A DNA stretch of 62,879 bases, the filler included, from Stramenopiles sp. TOSAG23-2 (lineage: Eukaryota): assembly GCA_900128395.1 (NCBI GenBank). It is 19 parts of 19 records of this genome, joined end to end, with 100 filler letters (N's around TTAATTAATTAA, not from the genome) between each part and the next. Parts side by side here need not be neighbours in the genome. Positions count along the whole stretch, not along the records: positions 20,686 to 24,023 come from LT651251.1; positions 24,124 to 27,460 come from LT651252.1; positions 27,561 to 30,895 come from LT651253.1; positions 30,996 to 34,330 come from LT651254.1; 15 more parts are not named here. One strand, written 5' to 3'. Below the pieces are notes generated by a model. That model made no database searches. It had not been told where the DNA came from and saw nothing but the letters and a program-made list of their open reading frames with translations. A program made the position numbers and the translations under genes. Every line of letters begins with the position of its first letter. The first letter of the stretch is position 1. Positions 21,203-34,050 of this stretch are shown here, piece by piece.

Positions 21203-22166
21203 TTATTGCTTTGTAGCACTGGTTTTATTTATGTTGTGTGTATGATTATAAAAGCCGGGTATTACATTCGGTTTATTCATCCACAATGCATCTTTACCAA
21301 CATAATTTGGAGCTGTGTAAGGTCCCATTGGCTGTATATCGAAGCAAAACCCTTTTTCATTTGCATTGTATAATTCAAAACCAACAGGACACTGATGCTT
21401 TGGTGGGCAATAATGGCCTGGAATACAAATATGAGACGTAGATAAATATTCATCATGCTGCGTTGGCATGAATGCGCAATAATCTTCGATCTTCTTTGTA
21501 CCTTCAGGGCATTTGCCTTGTTTGCAGTAATATCCCAATTTACAAACTTCATATTTAGGATGAGATAGCAAAGGTGGTGCAGGTGGTCTATAGCAATCTA
21601 AGTGCTTGCAAAATTCATTATCTTCATTTTCACTTGCAAATTCCGCAGGAAGAACTTCAGCAACAACATCAATTGGCTCATAGAGAAGAGCATCTACACG
21701 CTCTTTCGTCAATCTACAGACGTGGTTGCCATTAATGACAGTGATTATTTGGCCTTTTAATTTCTCAAATGGAGTATTCCTAACTCTAGCAGTCAATGAT
21801 TTTATAATTGGAAAGTCCCCACATAGAGTTACTCAAATCAGTTTGTGTGCCATTGATGCTGCTATTATTACTATCGCCATTAGTTTTATTTAACACATCA
21901 TCAAGGGTTGGTATGATAGTAGTTATATTTTTACCTGATATTGGCTTTGTTGCGTTTGTTGATGTACCTGTTTGCTTATCATCATTGCGACTATCCGTTC
22001 CTGTTGCATTTGCTGTTTGTGATGCTGCAGGTCCTGTTGCATTTCCTGTTTGTGATGCTGCAGGCCCGGTTGCATTTGCTGTTTGCGATGCTGCAGGTTC
22101 TGTTGCATTTGCTGTTTGTGATGCTGCAGGTCCTGTCGTTTCTGGTACATCGTCATGAGATGCAAA
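21203..22166 (-). CDS. Probable secreted protein with 10-aa repeats (GPAASQTANAT) and Cys-rich C-terminus; 5' partial, frameshift near 21790-21835
   Basis: 30-bp tandem repeats at ~22000-22135. The upstream frame ends at a TAG that overlaps the downstream frame carrying CKLGYYC/CIPGHYCP motifs. Confidence 0.6.
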
Positions 22167-23016
22167 TTACAGGCTCGATCATATTTTATCATATAAAAAT
22201 AGTTCAATTGAAGACAATAGTACGAAAATATACGAAAATGCTATTCCTGTTAAAAGAAAAAATATTGTAAGCAATAGTAGTTCTAATGAAGAAGAGAAGA
22301 AAGAGGAAAATAAGACAGACGATACGGAAGGTAAAAAGTCAGAATCTCAAGAAGAAGAGGTAAAAAAAGAAGTTGTGCCTTCACCGGAACCAATTGGTAC
22401 TTTGAATATTTCATGGACGGCATTACCACCTAGATCTAATGGAGAAACTGAATTTGATCCTGAAAATGACTTGCCAGAAATAACAGAAGAAACCCCGTTG
22501 CTTGGACAGGCGTGTACGTATAAACTTGAAATTATAGGTGGTAAACAATTTAGTAGAGGTGTGAAAGGTGCATATTGTCAATATAAATTTAATGGGGCCA
22601 CATATCAAACTGACAGAATCCAATTAACTGAAAAAGAAGAGAAAAACGGTACGAATAATCCAATGTTCAATTTCATGAAAATTCACCACGTAGAGTCTGT
22701 CGATCAGCAATTTCTTGATTCATTGAATAGTGGGTTAGAAGTACAAATATTTATTGTTGATATTGACAAATTGCCTGATATTAGTGCACCTGTAATTACT
22801 AAATTTGTAAAGGAAAATTGGAAAAAAATTGCAAACGAAACAAAAAGTGAAAACGAAATGTTAAGTTTCAGACAATATCAAATCTTAAGATTGGATGAAG
22901 GTGTTGATACAGAACCACAAGAAAGAGAATGGTTAAATTACATTGCATTAATGGATGGTGGATATGCAGAATGGTTATCGACAGAAATTTACAAGACTGT
23001 TGGTAAGAAAAAATGA
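22159..23016 (+). CDS. C2-like domain fragment resembling kinesin-3 (KIF13/KIF28-type) tails, 5' partial
   Basis: IGTLNISW, LLGQACTYKLEII, AYCQYKF, TNNPMFNFMKIHHVESVDQQFLDSL. The frame is open from 22159 to the track's GTG start at 22375 with no ATG. Confidence 0.6.
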   Translation, partial: DANYRLDHILSYKNSSIEDNSTKIYENAIPVKRKNIVSNSSSNEEEKKEENKTDDTEGKKSESQEEEVKKEVVPSPEPIGTLNISWTALPPRSNGETEFDPENDLPEITEETPLLGQACTYKLEIIGGKQFSRGVKGAYCQYKFNGATYQTDRIQLTEKEEKNGTNNPMFNFMKIHHVESVDQQFLDSLNSGLEVQIFIVDIDKLPDISAPVITKFVKENWKKIANETKSENEMLSFRQYQILRLDEGVDTEPQEREWLNYIALMDGGYAEWLSTEIYKTVGKKK

Positions 23017-23397
23017 GAAGGCGCGTTGTGATTTTAATACAGGTAAGAGAGATTGAAACCCATAAAAAAAATACCACAACACTCAAAATTACTAAAAAAA
23101 TGACGCTTTCGTAAATGCGTTAATAATTTGACAGTGTGTACGTTTCGTAAAAGAAAAATATATATATACGACTACGCGTACTTTTTAAAATATGTGTAAT
23201 TTTAAATCATCTAACTTTTTCCATAAAAAAAGATGTTCGCACACACACACCATACTGTACACACACACACACACCATACTGTACACACATACACAATGTA
23301 TTTTTTGTGGTATTTTATACGTATTATATTTCTTTAAGTATAATAAAACTTATTTAAATCATATATTATTATTTACATACATATATATAATATTCTA

Positions 23398-23697
23398 TTA
23401 ACTTGTAGTATGATTTCTTCTATGATGTGAACGTTTAGAAGCAGATATTGAGGATGAAGATGAACTATACTTTGTATACTTTGTGGATTTTTTAGATGAT
23501 GATCCTTTTGCTAAATTATTCAATGGCAAATAGACAAAAAATAAATACATTAAAATGATACATGCAATGGCAGCAAAAAAAATATCTTTCCTTTTTAAGA
23601 CTAAATGCTTTTGATACACCGTGGATAAAAACGTCCACGTGAATTGTTGTGAAAACAATGCACCTAATATTAATAACAATATCTCTCTTATATACAT
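23398..23697 (-). CDS. Small two-TM membrane protein with Ser/Lys-rich tail
   Basis: MYIREILLLILGALF... and DIFFAAIACIILMYLFFVYL hydrophobic segments. Confidence 0.55.
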   Translation of the reverse strand: MYIREILLLILGALFSQQFTWTFLSTVYQKHLVLKRKDIFFAAIACIILMYLFFVYLPLNNLAKGSSSKKSTKYTKYSSSSSSISASKRSHHRRNHTTS

Positions 23698-24123
23698 TTT
23701 TTTTATTTTACGTTTCTTTCTACATCTATGTATTTCGATATATTTCAATGTCGTCAAAAAGGAGAGGATATATATATATATCCCTTTACGGGACATCGAT
23801 AAGTGCCGCGGGGGCGGCTGTTATAGCCATATAAATATCATTAGTACCCCTATTCCCTGTAACCTCTATAATTTTTATGAATTTATGCATATAATGCATT
23901 TTATTTATCATATTTAATAGTTTTGTTGTATTTTTACTCCTATATAATTGTACTATTAGTATATAAAATTAATATGAATATAAAATCGGATATTTATTTC
24001 TTGACTGTCGATATGCAACAGCGNNNNNNNNNNNNNNNNNNNNNNNNNNNNNNNNNNNNNNNNNNNNTTAATTAATTAANNNNNNNNNNNNNNNNNNNNN
24101 NNNNNNNNNNNNNNNNNNNNNNN

Positions 24124-25907
24124 GTTAGGCCCTGTGCTAATTTTCTCCTCGATCGATTGCTCCACCACGAATCCTCCTTTAATAGACCATTTCTCCGTCT
24201 TATATCTTCCATGACACCTTCTGGTGAACACCGATATTGAATTTTTTCTAAATGGGTTTTTAATTTAATTTTTTCTGCAAACTTTGAATTATCTAGTTGA
24301 GATACCCGGGTAGCATGTTCCTTCTTCAACCGTCGTTCCTCGACACATTTATGGAACTCAAACTCCTCCTCGGCAAATTTATGTAATTTATCCATTATTA
24401 TTGGTTTTTGTAACAGTTTTACTAATGGCTCCCATACTTTCATAGCACGCTTGCCGGATGCATCACCTCTTACAATGTGTATTTGGTGTGGTTGAAGAAT
24501 TTTGATCGTACCATCTTTTGCACATGCAACATGTTTAGGTTGGAAAAATGGACGGCCCAATGATATCGGGACGGTAGATGGACGTTTGCCGTTACTATTT
24601 ACATGTTGCGGCTGTTGATTTTTAGACAAGAGTGATGACAATAGCATATCTGCTGCTTTGAATTTTTTGCTAATGTCTCTTGATTGACGCAAACGAGACA
24701 TTAATTCATAATCTTTAGGTTCAAAATTTTTGACTAATTGGTACGCTGCTAATTGGGATGGAGTGCCTTCAAATCTTGGCACTCCTTGAGTCAATTTGAT
24801 CTTTTTTAATTTTTGTAATTGTTTATTTCTGCCACCCATTACTAAGATTGCAACTTCTAAAACTCTACTACGGATCAATGCGGGGCGGTTTTTTGGAAGC
24901 TTTGCAAGGATATCAAGTGACTGGAAAGCAACTCGCTGCGCACGTAAGATGTATCGGGATAATAACGGTGATGCTTTGGCTAATTTATGTCCACCAATTC
25001 TCCTCGATGGTTTCATCCCAATATTACTCCCGTCATTATGTTTATTGTTTTTCATGTTATTATTTTTCCACTGTGGCAAAAATGTATCTGCTTCATTATT
25101 ATTGTACTTTATTTGATTTAATGGCGAAAAAAGATCTGCACATGCTGCTCGTACCAAGACCGATAAACCGTTTTGTTTATATATTAATCCATTATTACCG
25201 CCGCTGTAACCTCGACGTGTACTTGCTTGTAAAAGATTTTTTATACTTATTGCAACAGAATGGATATGTTTCCACATTTGCAAACTCCATGTTTTTGAGG
25301 AATTTATAAAATCGGCTGCATATTGAAGCAGGCGATATTGCAATATATCAAAATGATTATCAACATCATCAGACAATACTTCTAATATCAATAAAGCATT
25401 ATATACATCTACTTTACTTTTTTCTGATAGCTTGTTTTTTAATTTGTTATAAAATGCGCGTTTGGCGTTTCCATGAATAATACCACTTCTTGTTTCCATA
25501 TCCAATTTTTCCATTGCAGCTTGTCCTCTTTTCTTCTCTTTTTTCGCTAAATCATTATCAATTTTTTGTTCTCTTTTCTCAGCTTTAAAAAATTTTGATC
25601 GTTCTCTTGCCAAGCCAGTCTTACTATGTACAGTGCTGGGTCTTGTTCTCTGTGCTTTGGAGGTTCTTGAATGTTGTACTGATTTTGGTCGAGCAATTTT
25701 TAATTTTCTTTTTGGTATTTGACTAGAAGTATCAACATCAATATTATCACTTTGATCTGTTTTTTCTTTTTCCTCCACAACTAATACATCATTTGTTTCG
25801 TCAGCGCTATTTAGTATACTTTCTTCGTCAAATTTATTTATAACATTGTCATTGTTGCTTCTACTATCCATAATATCGATATTCTCATCTTGTATAATAT
25901 GTGACAT
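24124..25907 (-). CDS. Hypothetical basic protein with ARM-like helical segments (3' partial)
   Basis: ORF of about 590 codons; RPST motifs; AFQSLDILAKLPKNRPALIRSRVLEVAI is ARM-like. Confidence 0.75.
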
Positions 25908-26592
25908 TGGTGTTTAATCGTGTAATTTGTAATTGAATGTAGTATTGTTGTATGAAAAAAAAGTCTAAGTACTAGTATGAAGAGGCTATGATTTAATATA
26001 TTTATTTATTAGGAATGCCTGGAATGCCAGAATGGAATGCATTTGTTGGTTTGTTGTTATACCAGTATACCTACAGTAGGTATAGCTGTAGTATTAATAC
26101 CAGTGGTATGTATTATAGTATAATAGTATAATACAGTATGGTTGTATTAGTATGTTTTGTAGCTAGAGCTTACCAGCTTATACTGTATAATACCTAGCCC
26201 TGGCTAGCGGAAAATCCAACTGGGTTTTAGTTTTTTCTATTCCTGAAAAAAAGCGCAAACTGGCAAAAATATCAAGCAACTCAACGAACAAAAAAAAAAG
26301 AAGCAAAAAAAATATTATCTCCTCTAGCCAGCTAGCCTGGCTAGCATTATACTGGATTACATACAGTACGAGGTAGTAGCTACGCGTACAAGGATAATGT
26401 AGCAATAATAATAATAATTTTTAATAATAAGACAGACTATTTTAAATAAAACAGACTATTTTATATACTCATGAATAGACAAACTACTTAAAGTGCTACT
26501 TCAAACATATTTGATCTGTAAATTTAATTCTTTAGACGCAAGGAGAGGTTGTTATAATAAGTGAAATTGGATCATAATATATACTCTGCAAG

Positions 26593-27460
26593 ATGAGTAG
26601 TGGTGTCGGGGGTGCCGAAAATGGTTCCCACGAGATTAGTGACCATCTAGTCGAAAAAACCTTGTTATCACAAGATCAATTACAGAAGTTATTTTATATT
26701 AGAAGAAAAGGTTGGGTAACGCAACAACATGTAAAGGAATTTGTAGCTGCGTATGATAATCGACTTGTTCAAGCTAGTAAAGGTAGTAACCTGAAATTAC
26801 TATTACCAGAAAATTTTTTAGAAAATGCTTTAAAAGAGGTAAAGGATGGCGAACTTAAATATGGAATATTAGAGTTAAGAAAAATTACAAATAGTAAGGT
26901 TTTCACAGTAAGACATTTCGCCAATTTTTTAGATATTTTGGTAGATTTCCCCATATTAAGACAGATAGATCTGGCGGCATTTCCTACTTTTAGCGTAGAT
27001 AAAGTTGCTATGGCTATATTAAATACATTAAGAAGAACATTAAAGCTATATACACCAGCTTTATTGCCAGAAGAAAAAAGAGCAATTATACGCCGCGCAC
27101 AAACAAAAAGAAATATTCGCGAGAAAACCCAGAGAAGATTACTTGAAGATGCCAAAAAAAATCATAGTAAAAAAAGCAATAGAAACGATATTGACGGCAA
27201 ACGAAGTTCAAAGTATCAAGTATTAATTGCTGAACAAAAACTTGAACGAGGCGTGGAGCCAAACGAAGGCGAGGACAAAGATAAAATAAAACATATACCA
27301 TGGAAATTAAAGGAAGATGGATCGCCATTATTTTTATTACAACGAATTCTTTTTCATGTGACTCCCAAAATCTCAACTATGGAAATGGGAGAAAGCAAAA
27401 ATGACAACGCCCCATCAAAGAAAGGCAAAAATAAAGCACAAATAGAAGCAAGATCCATAC
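26593..27460 (+). CDS. Hypothetical protein, possible LRR segment (3' partial)
   Basis: Long ORF divergent from the 25907 gene; FPILRQIDL is LRR-like. Confidence 0.7.
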
Positions 27461-27561
27461 NNNNNNNNNNNNNNNNNNNNNNNNNNNNNNNNNNNNNNNN
27501 NNNNTTAATTAATTAANNNNNNNNNNNNNNNNNNNNNNNNNNNNNNNNNNNNNNNNNNNNT

Positions 27562-29684
27562 GGTTATTCAGGTAAAATAAGGTATCAATGTAGAGAATGT
27601 GAAGTAGACGCTATTGATAATTTAAAGGATGCAAAACATATTTTAAATGATTGTTTTGAATTCATAGAAAATAAAATAGGACTGACCTTTCCTACTCGAA
27701 ATGTAAAACTAGCTTTTTCTGATGTTATTGGAGATGATACGCACTCTTGTGCATTTCAAGGAGATGGGCAATGTAGTACGCGGGTATCAAGGAAAGAATT
27801 AGAAGATGGATGGATAGAACATATACGAGAATTAGTTGAAATAAAAGTATTACGAGGTTTGCATTATATATATTTATGTCGAACATTATGTCATGAATTG
27901 ATTCATTATTGGCTAGGAATCCATAGAGGAAATCCGTGTATGCGACAGAAACAAAATCATAATAAACATGATACATTTCGTCGAAATAATAGTAATGAAT
28001 TTCAAGCGAACCGTTTGAGTAGTTCTAGGCAATGTCGTATATGTCCAAGTAAACCTTTAAATGAAAAAGTTGCTGAAGGAATCTGTGAATTATCAGCACT
28101 ACTTTATTTACAACATTATATTTTTGAAAAGACTAATAATAATAATAATAATAATAATCGTGGTAATACAAAATATTTTAATGATAAATATTATACTAAA
28201 CATGATAATCACAACCATCAAGTATCCGTTGCAAATACTGCACTAGATGTTTTATTGAATAATAAAATTGCAGAATATGCAGAAGGTATTAAACTTGTAC
28301 AAAACCAATTAATTGCTTTCGAAAAAGATTTTAACAATAATAATTATAATAAAAATCAATATGGGACTAATAATAATAATACATTTATTAATAATGCATT
28401 ACTACCTTATTTTTTTTTTCATGTGGTAATATATGGTAATTTATATAACGCAGGTTCACGATTGGAATTATTAGATTTAAAACATGAAAATATGTTTTGT
28501 CCATGTGTAGTCTGCGGGACGTTGGTTGAACCAATATCAAATATAGAAATGAGAAACGAAATATCTAGATCATCCTTCACATTTATAGTTAAAGATTTGC
28601 AAGTATGCCATCCATCTTGTTTTCAAAATAATATTGCTAAAAATGTGAAATATGCAATAAAAATTTAATGGGTAGCAGTGTTATTGATGGTAAAAATGTA
28701 CATGAGGAATGTTTTTTAAAAGTATCGGAAAGGTGTGCCAGATGTGGCGAGCCATTGTGGGAAAAAGAGGAAATAGAAATGAGAGGTAATACTAAATATA
28801 ATAACAACAATAATAAAAATAGTCGTCGTTCTGGTTCGTTTGTGAAACGTACATCATTAACTGATCGTGGTGAAAAAGTCCATTTACGATGCAGTGATAA
28901 GTGTAAATATTGTGCGAAACCTTTAGGTGAATACCCAAGTGTCAAAGGGAAACAATTGCATCAACAATGTTTTCTTAAATATCAAAAAGAAATTATTGGT
29001 GATGTATGCAAAATTTGCAATGATACATTATGGGTAAAAAACGAATCAAATGGTGGATTAGCAAGGCGAACATATTATAGTGATCTGCATGGGGGTGAAG
29101 TCCATTATTCCTGTTTAAAATGTGTTGTTTGCAATATAGGCTTGGATGATAATGATAATACCAGCTTCATGGCGAAAGAGATGTGTCATCGAGATTGTTT
29201 TATACGTCTATCAGAAATGAAAGGTGAAGTTTGTTTTTATTGTAATCGTTCATTATGGAATCGTACAAAAGATGGTTTCAATAGAAGTGGGATTATAAAA
29301 GAACCTAAAAGTAATCGGTTGATACATGCAAAGTGTGGGCCGAAGTGTAACTATTGTCTCAAGCCATTATATTTAGAAGAATTTTTGGATAATGAAGAGA
29401 ACAAAGTCCATATGAAATGTTTTGTTAATTATAGAGCTGATGTACATGGTGAGATATGTGGAATATGTTCTCGTCCATTATGGGAGGAGAAACTGGATAT
29501 AGCAAATACCAATAATGGCAATGGGCGTCGAAAAAGTACAGGATTTAAACGTCGATCTAGTTTTTCTAAAGATTACAATGCTGATGTACATATTCATTGC
29601 CTGGAGGAAGCTAAACGTATAATGCCTAATCAAGGAAATGGAAGTATTCATAGTAGTAGTCGTCGTCGGAATACATACATGTAA
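27562..29684 (+). CDS. DA1-like (DUF3633) HExxH zinc peptidase followed by a LIM-like CxxC/HxxC finger array; 5' partial, one frameshift at A5 run 28639-28643
   Basis: CRECEVDAID, IKVLRGL, LCHELIHYWL, VAEGICEL and EYAEG match DA1 peptidase motifs. A -1 shift restores KKCEICNKNLMGS..VHEEC. Confidence 0.75.
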
Positions 29685-30492
29685 TAAAAAACGAGCAAGA
29701 ATTTTTAGAATAATACATATGGTGTATTATATATATATTTAAATACACATATATATATGATATATTAATAGATTGTTAAAAGCAAGAATGTTGTAGTTGT
29801 CGTCGTCTAGAGACCTAAAAGTAGTGTCGTCTTCTAAAATTAATTCGTAAAAAAAAACAAAAACGTACTTATATATTATTAAAACAAATAATAAGTTATG
29901 CCTTTAATTATATTATTATTTTGTTATTATTTATGCGCTTATGCATTCTGGCTACTCTGGCAAGTTGGCAAGCGCAGAGTCTTCCCAGCTGAGATTTCCA
30001 GCTTGCCATATTCATACCATTATTCATATATACAATTTAGAACAATATAAACATACCATTGTAGATATAATTTGATAATTATAATGTACCTGTAATAAAT
30101 TGATGATCGTAAATCGGTAGTAAAATCCACACCTCTACGAGGACTCGTATTATTAGCGCAGAACACATTTATCGAGATTGAAAACAAATTTTACATGCAA
30201 TTTATATCAATAAAGACGACTTAACGACACGACTGTACAAAGTAAACAAACCAATCGTGACTTGTCGCGCAATGTTAAGTCTGTCATTTCTTTAAAGCGA
30301 CTAGACATATCGGGATACTTTTTATTTGTTACATCCACTATTTCCTGAGAATCATTTTATTTAATTTCATTAATATATATATGATTAATATTAAATACGA
30401 TAAAAATATAATGAAGCTTTTAAAACTCTCTTATGTTATCAACTATGATATAGAGAGGATCCTCTCTATTATCAACTTCCTGCCCCACATCG

Positions 30493-30895
30493 TTGCTGCA
30501 AAAGACCATAGCTCAAGCAAACGAAATCTGGCACTCTGTTGCAAAAACAGGTAAAGCTGAATTTAAGTATACGAACGAACATAATGGCAAAGTCATGTCC
30601 GAAACGATTTACTTGACAATAAAAGAAAAGAAAAATCATCTAAGACTAGCAACCTATGCTGGCCTAAATTATCGGCACTTGGCCCGCTACGTCACAGGAA
30701 TGCACTTAAAGGACATTATAAGCTACTTAAAGCATGGTATCCCAGACACAGGGGTCATAATGCAGTTGGACTCCTACTCGTCTCAATTACAAAGAGAAGA
30801 ATCACATGTCTCGAAGAACGCGATCAATACCTATGACTGTTTCAAGAAAACTATTTATGAACCGTTCACAAGATTAGCAAAAAATACGGAGATGA
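30493..30895 (+). CDS. Hypothetical ORF, 3' partial
   Basis: About 134 open codons with higher GC than the flanks; no recognisable motif. Confidence 0.35.
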
Positions 30896-31233
30896 NNNNN
30901 NNNNNNNNNNNNNNNNNNNNNNNNNNNNNNNNNNNNNNNTTAATTAATTAANNNNNNNNNNNNNNNNNNNNNNNNNNNNNNNNNNNNNNNNNNNNTTAGG
31001 TTTAAGTATGATATATTTATAAATCGAACATTATTGTTTTCCTATATATGTGCAAATCCAGTCTCACGTCGTTAAATAATAATTGAAATAATAATACTAG
31101 TTTTAAGTTGTTTATAGATATAGAATATTTATATCTACGATGATAACACAAGAATGGGAATTTGTTTTTATTCATTTATAGAAAAGAAGAAATTTCAAAC
31201 AATTCAATATATATAATAAAAAATAGTATCAAC

Positions 31234-31571
31234 ATGTCGCGCTTTGCAATGCGATGGAATGAGGAGCCAAATGGTATAGTTGCTGCGCGTAAAGCAGCGA
31301 TAGAAAAACTGAAAATGAGAAATAAGAATATATTAAATGATGATAATAATAATAATAATAATACGATGCAAACAAATAATCCACCAAACCCTAACCTTCG
31401 GCGTAGACCCAAACGTCGGCCACCACCAAGACCTCCATCACCGACACAATATGATCAATCGAAAAAATATGTTCCAGAAGTTATTGATGTTAATAAAAAT
31501 AATGATAATGATACCATACCTCAACAAATACCATTAAATGATAATAATAATGAAGTGGAGAAAAAACAACC

Positions 31572-31603
<32 letters not shown>

Positions 31604-32994
31604 GAAGAAGAAGAAGATTGACGATGAAACAAAAATTTTTTCAATCAATGAAGACAGAACTCGCATTTGATGCTGGAGCATCACCTCCACCACCTATTCG
31701 TGTCGCAAAAGGTCGAAAGCAACGACTGCAACAACGTCAACAACGAGAAGCATCATTACGGAGATATCAAAAACGTAGTAGTTGGATGTCTACTTATAAT
31801 TGGAAACCAGTGAAGGAAAAAAAATATGTTGGTGATAGTAACCAAAATATTATAAATAATAGATATGTTAAAGGTAGAAATAACAGGACTTTAATTAATA
31901 AAAATAATAAAAGAGGAACAAATAATAATAATAGGCAGGGGGGAAATCGTCCAGGAAGAGCGGCTGGAAGAAGAAGCAAAAGGCCATCAACAACTAGTAG
32001 TAGTAATAATAATAATAACGTCGATATTGCAACTATTATTACGGATAAACGTGGAGAAGCAAATATTGAAAAATATAAGAAAATCATTAAAGAAAAAGAT
32101 GAAGCAATTCAAAAATTGAAAGCTAATTACGATAGTGAACAACTGAATAAAAAGAAGAAAAAAAGAAAGGAGAAGATGTATAGTAAAACAAGACATGAAC
32201 GTAATGATGTAGGATCATCACCACCACGAGGAACATCATTATATGAACAAGTTTTATTAGAAAATACAGTTGGTAGAAATAATAATAATAATAAAAGTTA
32301 TGAGAATGTTAGCAATAGTAGCGACGACAGTAGTAGTAGTAGTAGCAGCGACAGCAGCAGCAGCAGCAGTAATAGTGATACTTCAAGTGATGATGATCAA
32401 GAAGAAGAACAAACATTTGAATCACCTCGGTCGTCATGGAAACGTCAATTACCACCTGGTTCACCATCAGATATAGCTATTTTAAGACGATGTGATACAT
32501 TAGCAGAATATGTACAATATTTAGAAAATAAATATGGGGTAGATATGACAGAGAGTCATTGGAAACAAATCAAACAAGTAGATCTACAAAGAAATAATAA
32601 TAAGAATAGTGGTGGTATTACTGTTGGTGAGCCAGCACCATTAACACCAACAAAAGAATATGATGCACCTGAGATTTCATCATTGGAATATACTGGTGGT
32701 GATGAAAATGAACAAAAACGAGTGCGTGCTATGATTAAAGCACGCGTTGCAGCAGACGTAGAAGCAGAAAGACGGCGTAGACGGGAAGAAGAATTAGAAG
32801 AAATAGAACAAGTAGAGAAGATAACAAAAAAGGAATATGTAGATGGAGCAATTGAAAGTGAAAGGATACGTCGAATAAACGATACAACTGGAGAAACTGC
32901 TAAACAACGTGGAGCTCGTAGATTAAGTTTAAATTTCATCAATGATTTGATACAAAAAGATCCAACTTTCATTACAAAAACGTGGGGTTATTGA
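31234..32994 (+). CDS. Low-complexity Asn/Arg/Ser-rich protein with coiled coils
   Basis: Long ORF; likely start MSRFAMRW at 31234. Confidence 0.8.
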
Positions 32995-33267
32995 GAGAGT
33001 GTGGTGTACAGTATGTACGAAGTACATATTTTTAAATGGATGTACACATGATAGACGTCTATTAATATTAATATTTTTTATTTCGTAATGCATTACAAAA
33101 ATATATAACATATAATATCATATATAAAATGTTCTCTTACTCATACGTACGAATATATTATAGAAATTTCTTTTACTCCCGTTCATGATATCATAATATA
33201 TATAAAATTAAAACACACACACACATATTTTTTATTATTAATATCTCTCAATCATGTATACGTAGAA

Positions 33268-34050
33268 TCATACCTCTCTAAAATTAGAAAGTCGTAATTT
33301 ATTATCAGAAGACATACCATTCTCATTAAAAGCAACAAATGAAAATGAAAGAAGTGTACGATTTTGATTTGATGTATTAGCACTTCCACAATGCCATGTA
33401 GTTGAATCCATTAGCACAGCACTCCCAGCAACCATTTTGAACCATATTGGATTTCTATTTGCAACTAAATTTTCCATTGGTGGTATCCATTTATTATTTG
33501 GAAAACAATTGGGCATATGTGTTTTTGGACAAAATCGAGTTGGACCCATAGCTTCATCTAGAATGTCATGCATGGCTAAAAAAACTGTAATAATACGAGG
33601 TTCATATTCACTCCAATTCCCATCACTATGAAATGTTTGTGAAGTTACACCAGGTTCACTTGTAATTGCAGTAATTTCACGCAATTCTGCATTGCCAATT
33701 AAATTTTGGATTACCTCCCCTGGTGTTCCAGATAAAAATGATTTTAATACATTTTTAACTGGTGGATCTATTGGTAGCATAAAGCCAGTTCTGTGATACG
33801 GGTCTTCTTTAACAGTAAATCCTGGTGTTGTTGAGAATCTTAAAAAATGTCGCTTTGAAGCTGCTGCATTCATTGAAGCTGGTAATGATAAATATATTTT
33901 TAATTTCTCATTAAGATAATGAAAACAAGATGTAATCATTTCTTTTTCACATGCTGCTTTATATAGACTGACACCATTTGCCTGGTGCTCTTTTACAATG
34001 GATGACATTGTTACATTAGGGAAGCAAGTGAGTTTTTTCTGATTCCTCAC
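33268..34050 (-). CDS. PhyH-family Fe(II)/2-oxoglutarate dioxygenase
   Basis: SEPG..QTFHSD (HxD), MGPTRFCPKTH and WHCGSANTS..RTLLSFSF motifs. Confidence 0.9.
   Translation of the reverse strand: MRNQKKLTCFPNVTMSSIVKEHQANGVSLYKAACEKEMITSCFHYLNEKLKIYLSLPASMNAAASKRHFLRFSTTPGFTVKEDPYHRTGFMLPIDPPVKNVLKSFLSGTPGEVIQNLIGNAELREITAITSEPGVTSQTFHSDGNWSEYEPRIITVFLAMHDILDEAMGPTRFCPKTHMPNCFPNNKWIPPMENLVANRNPIWFKMVAGSAVLMDSTTWHCGSANTSNQNRTLLSFSFVAFNENGMSSDNKLRLSNFREV

Noticed and set aside
28666-28670. Prokaryote-like TAATG translational coupling
   Set aside because: A zinc finger (CEIC...HEEC) spans the junction, so a frameshift in one gene explains it better.
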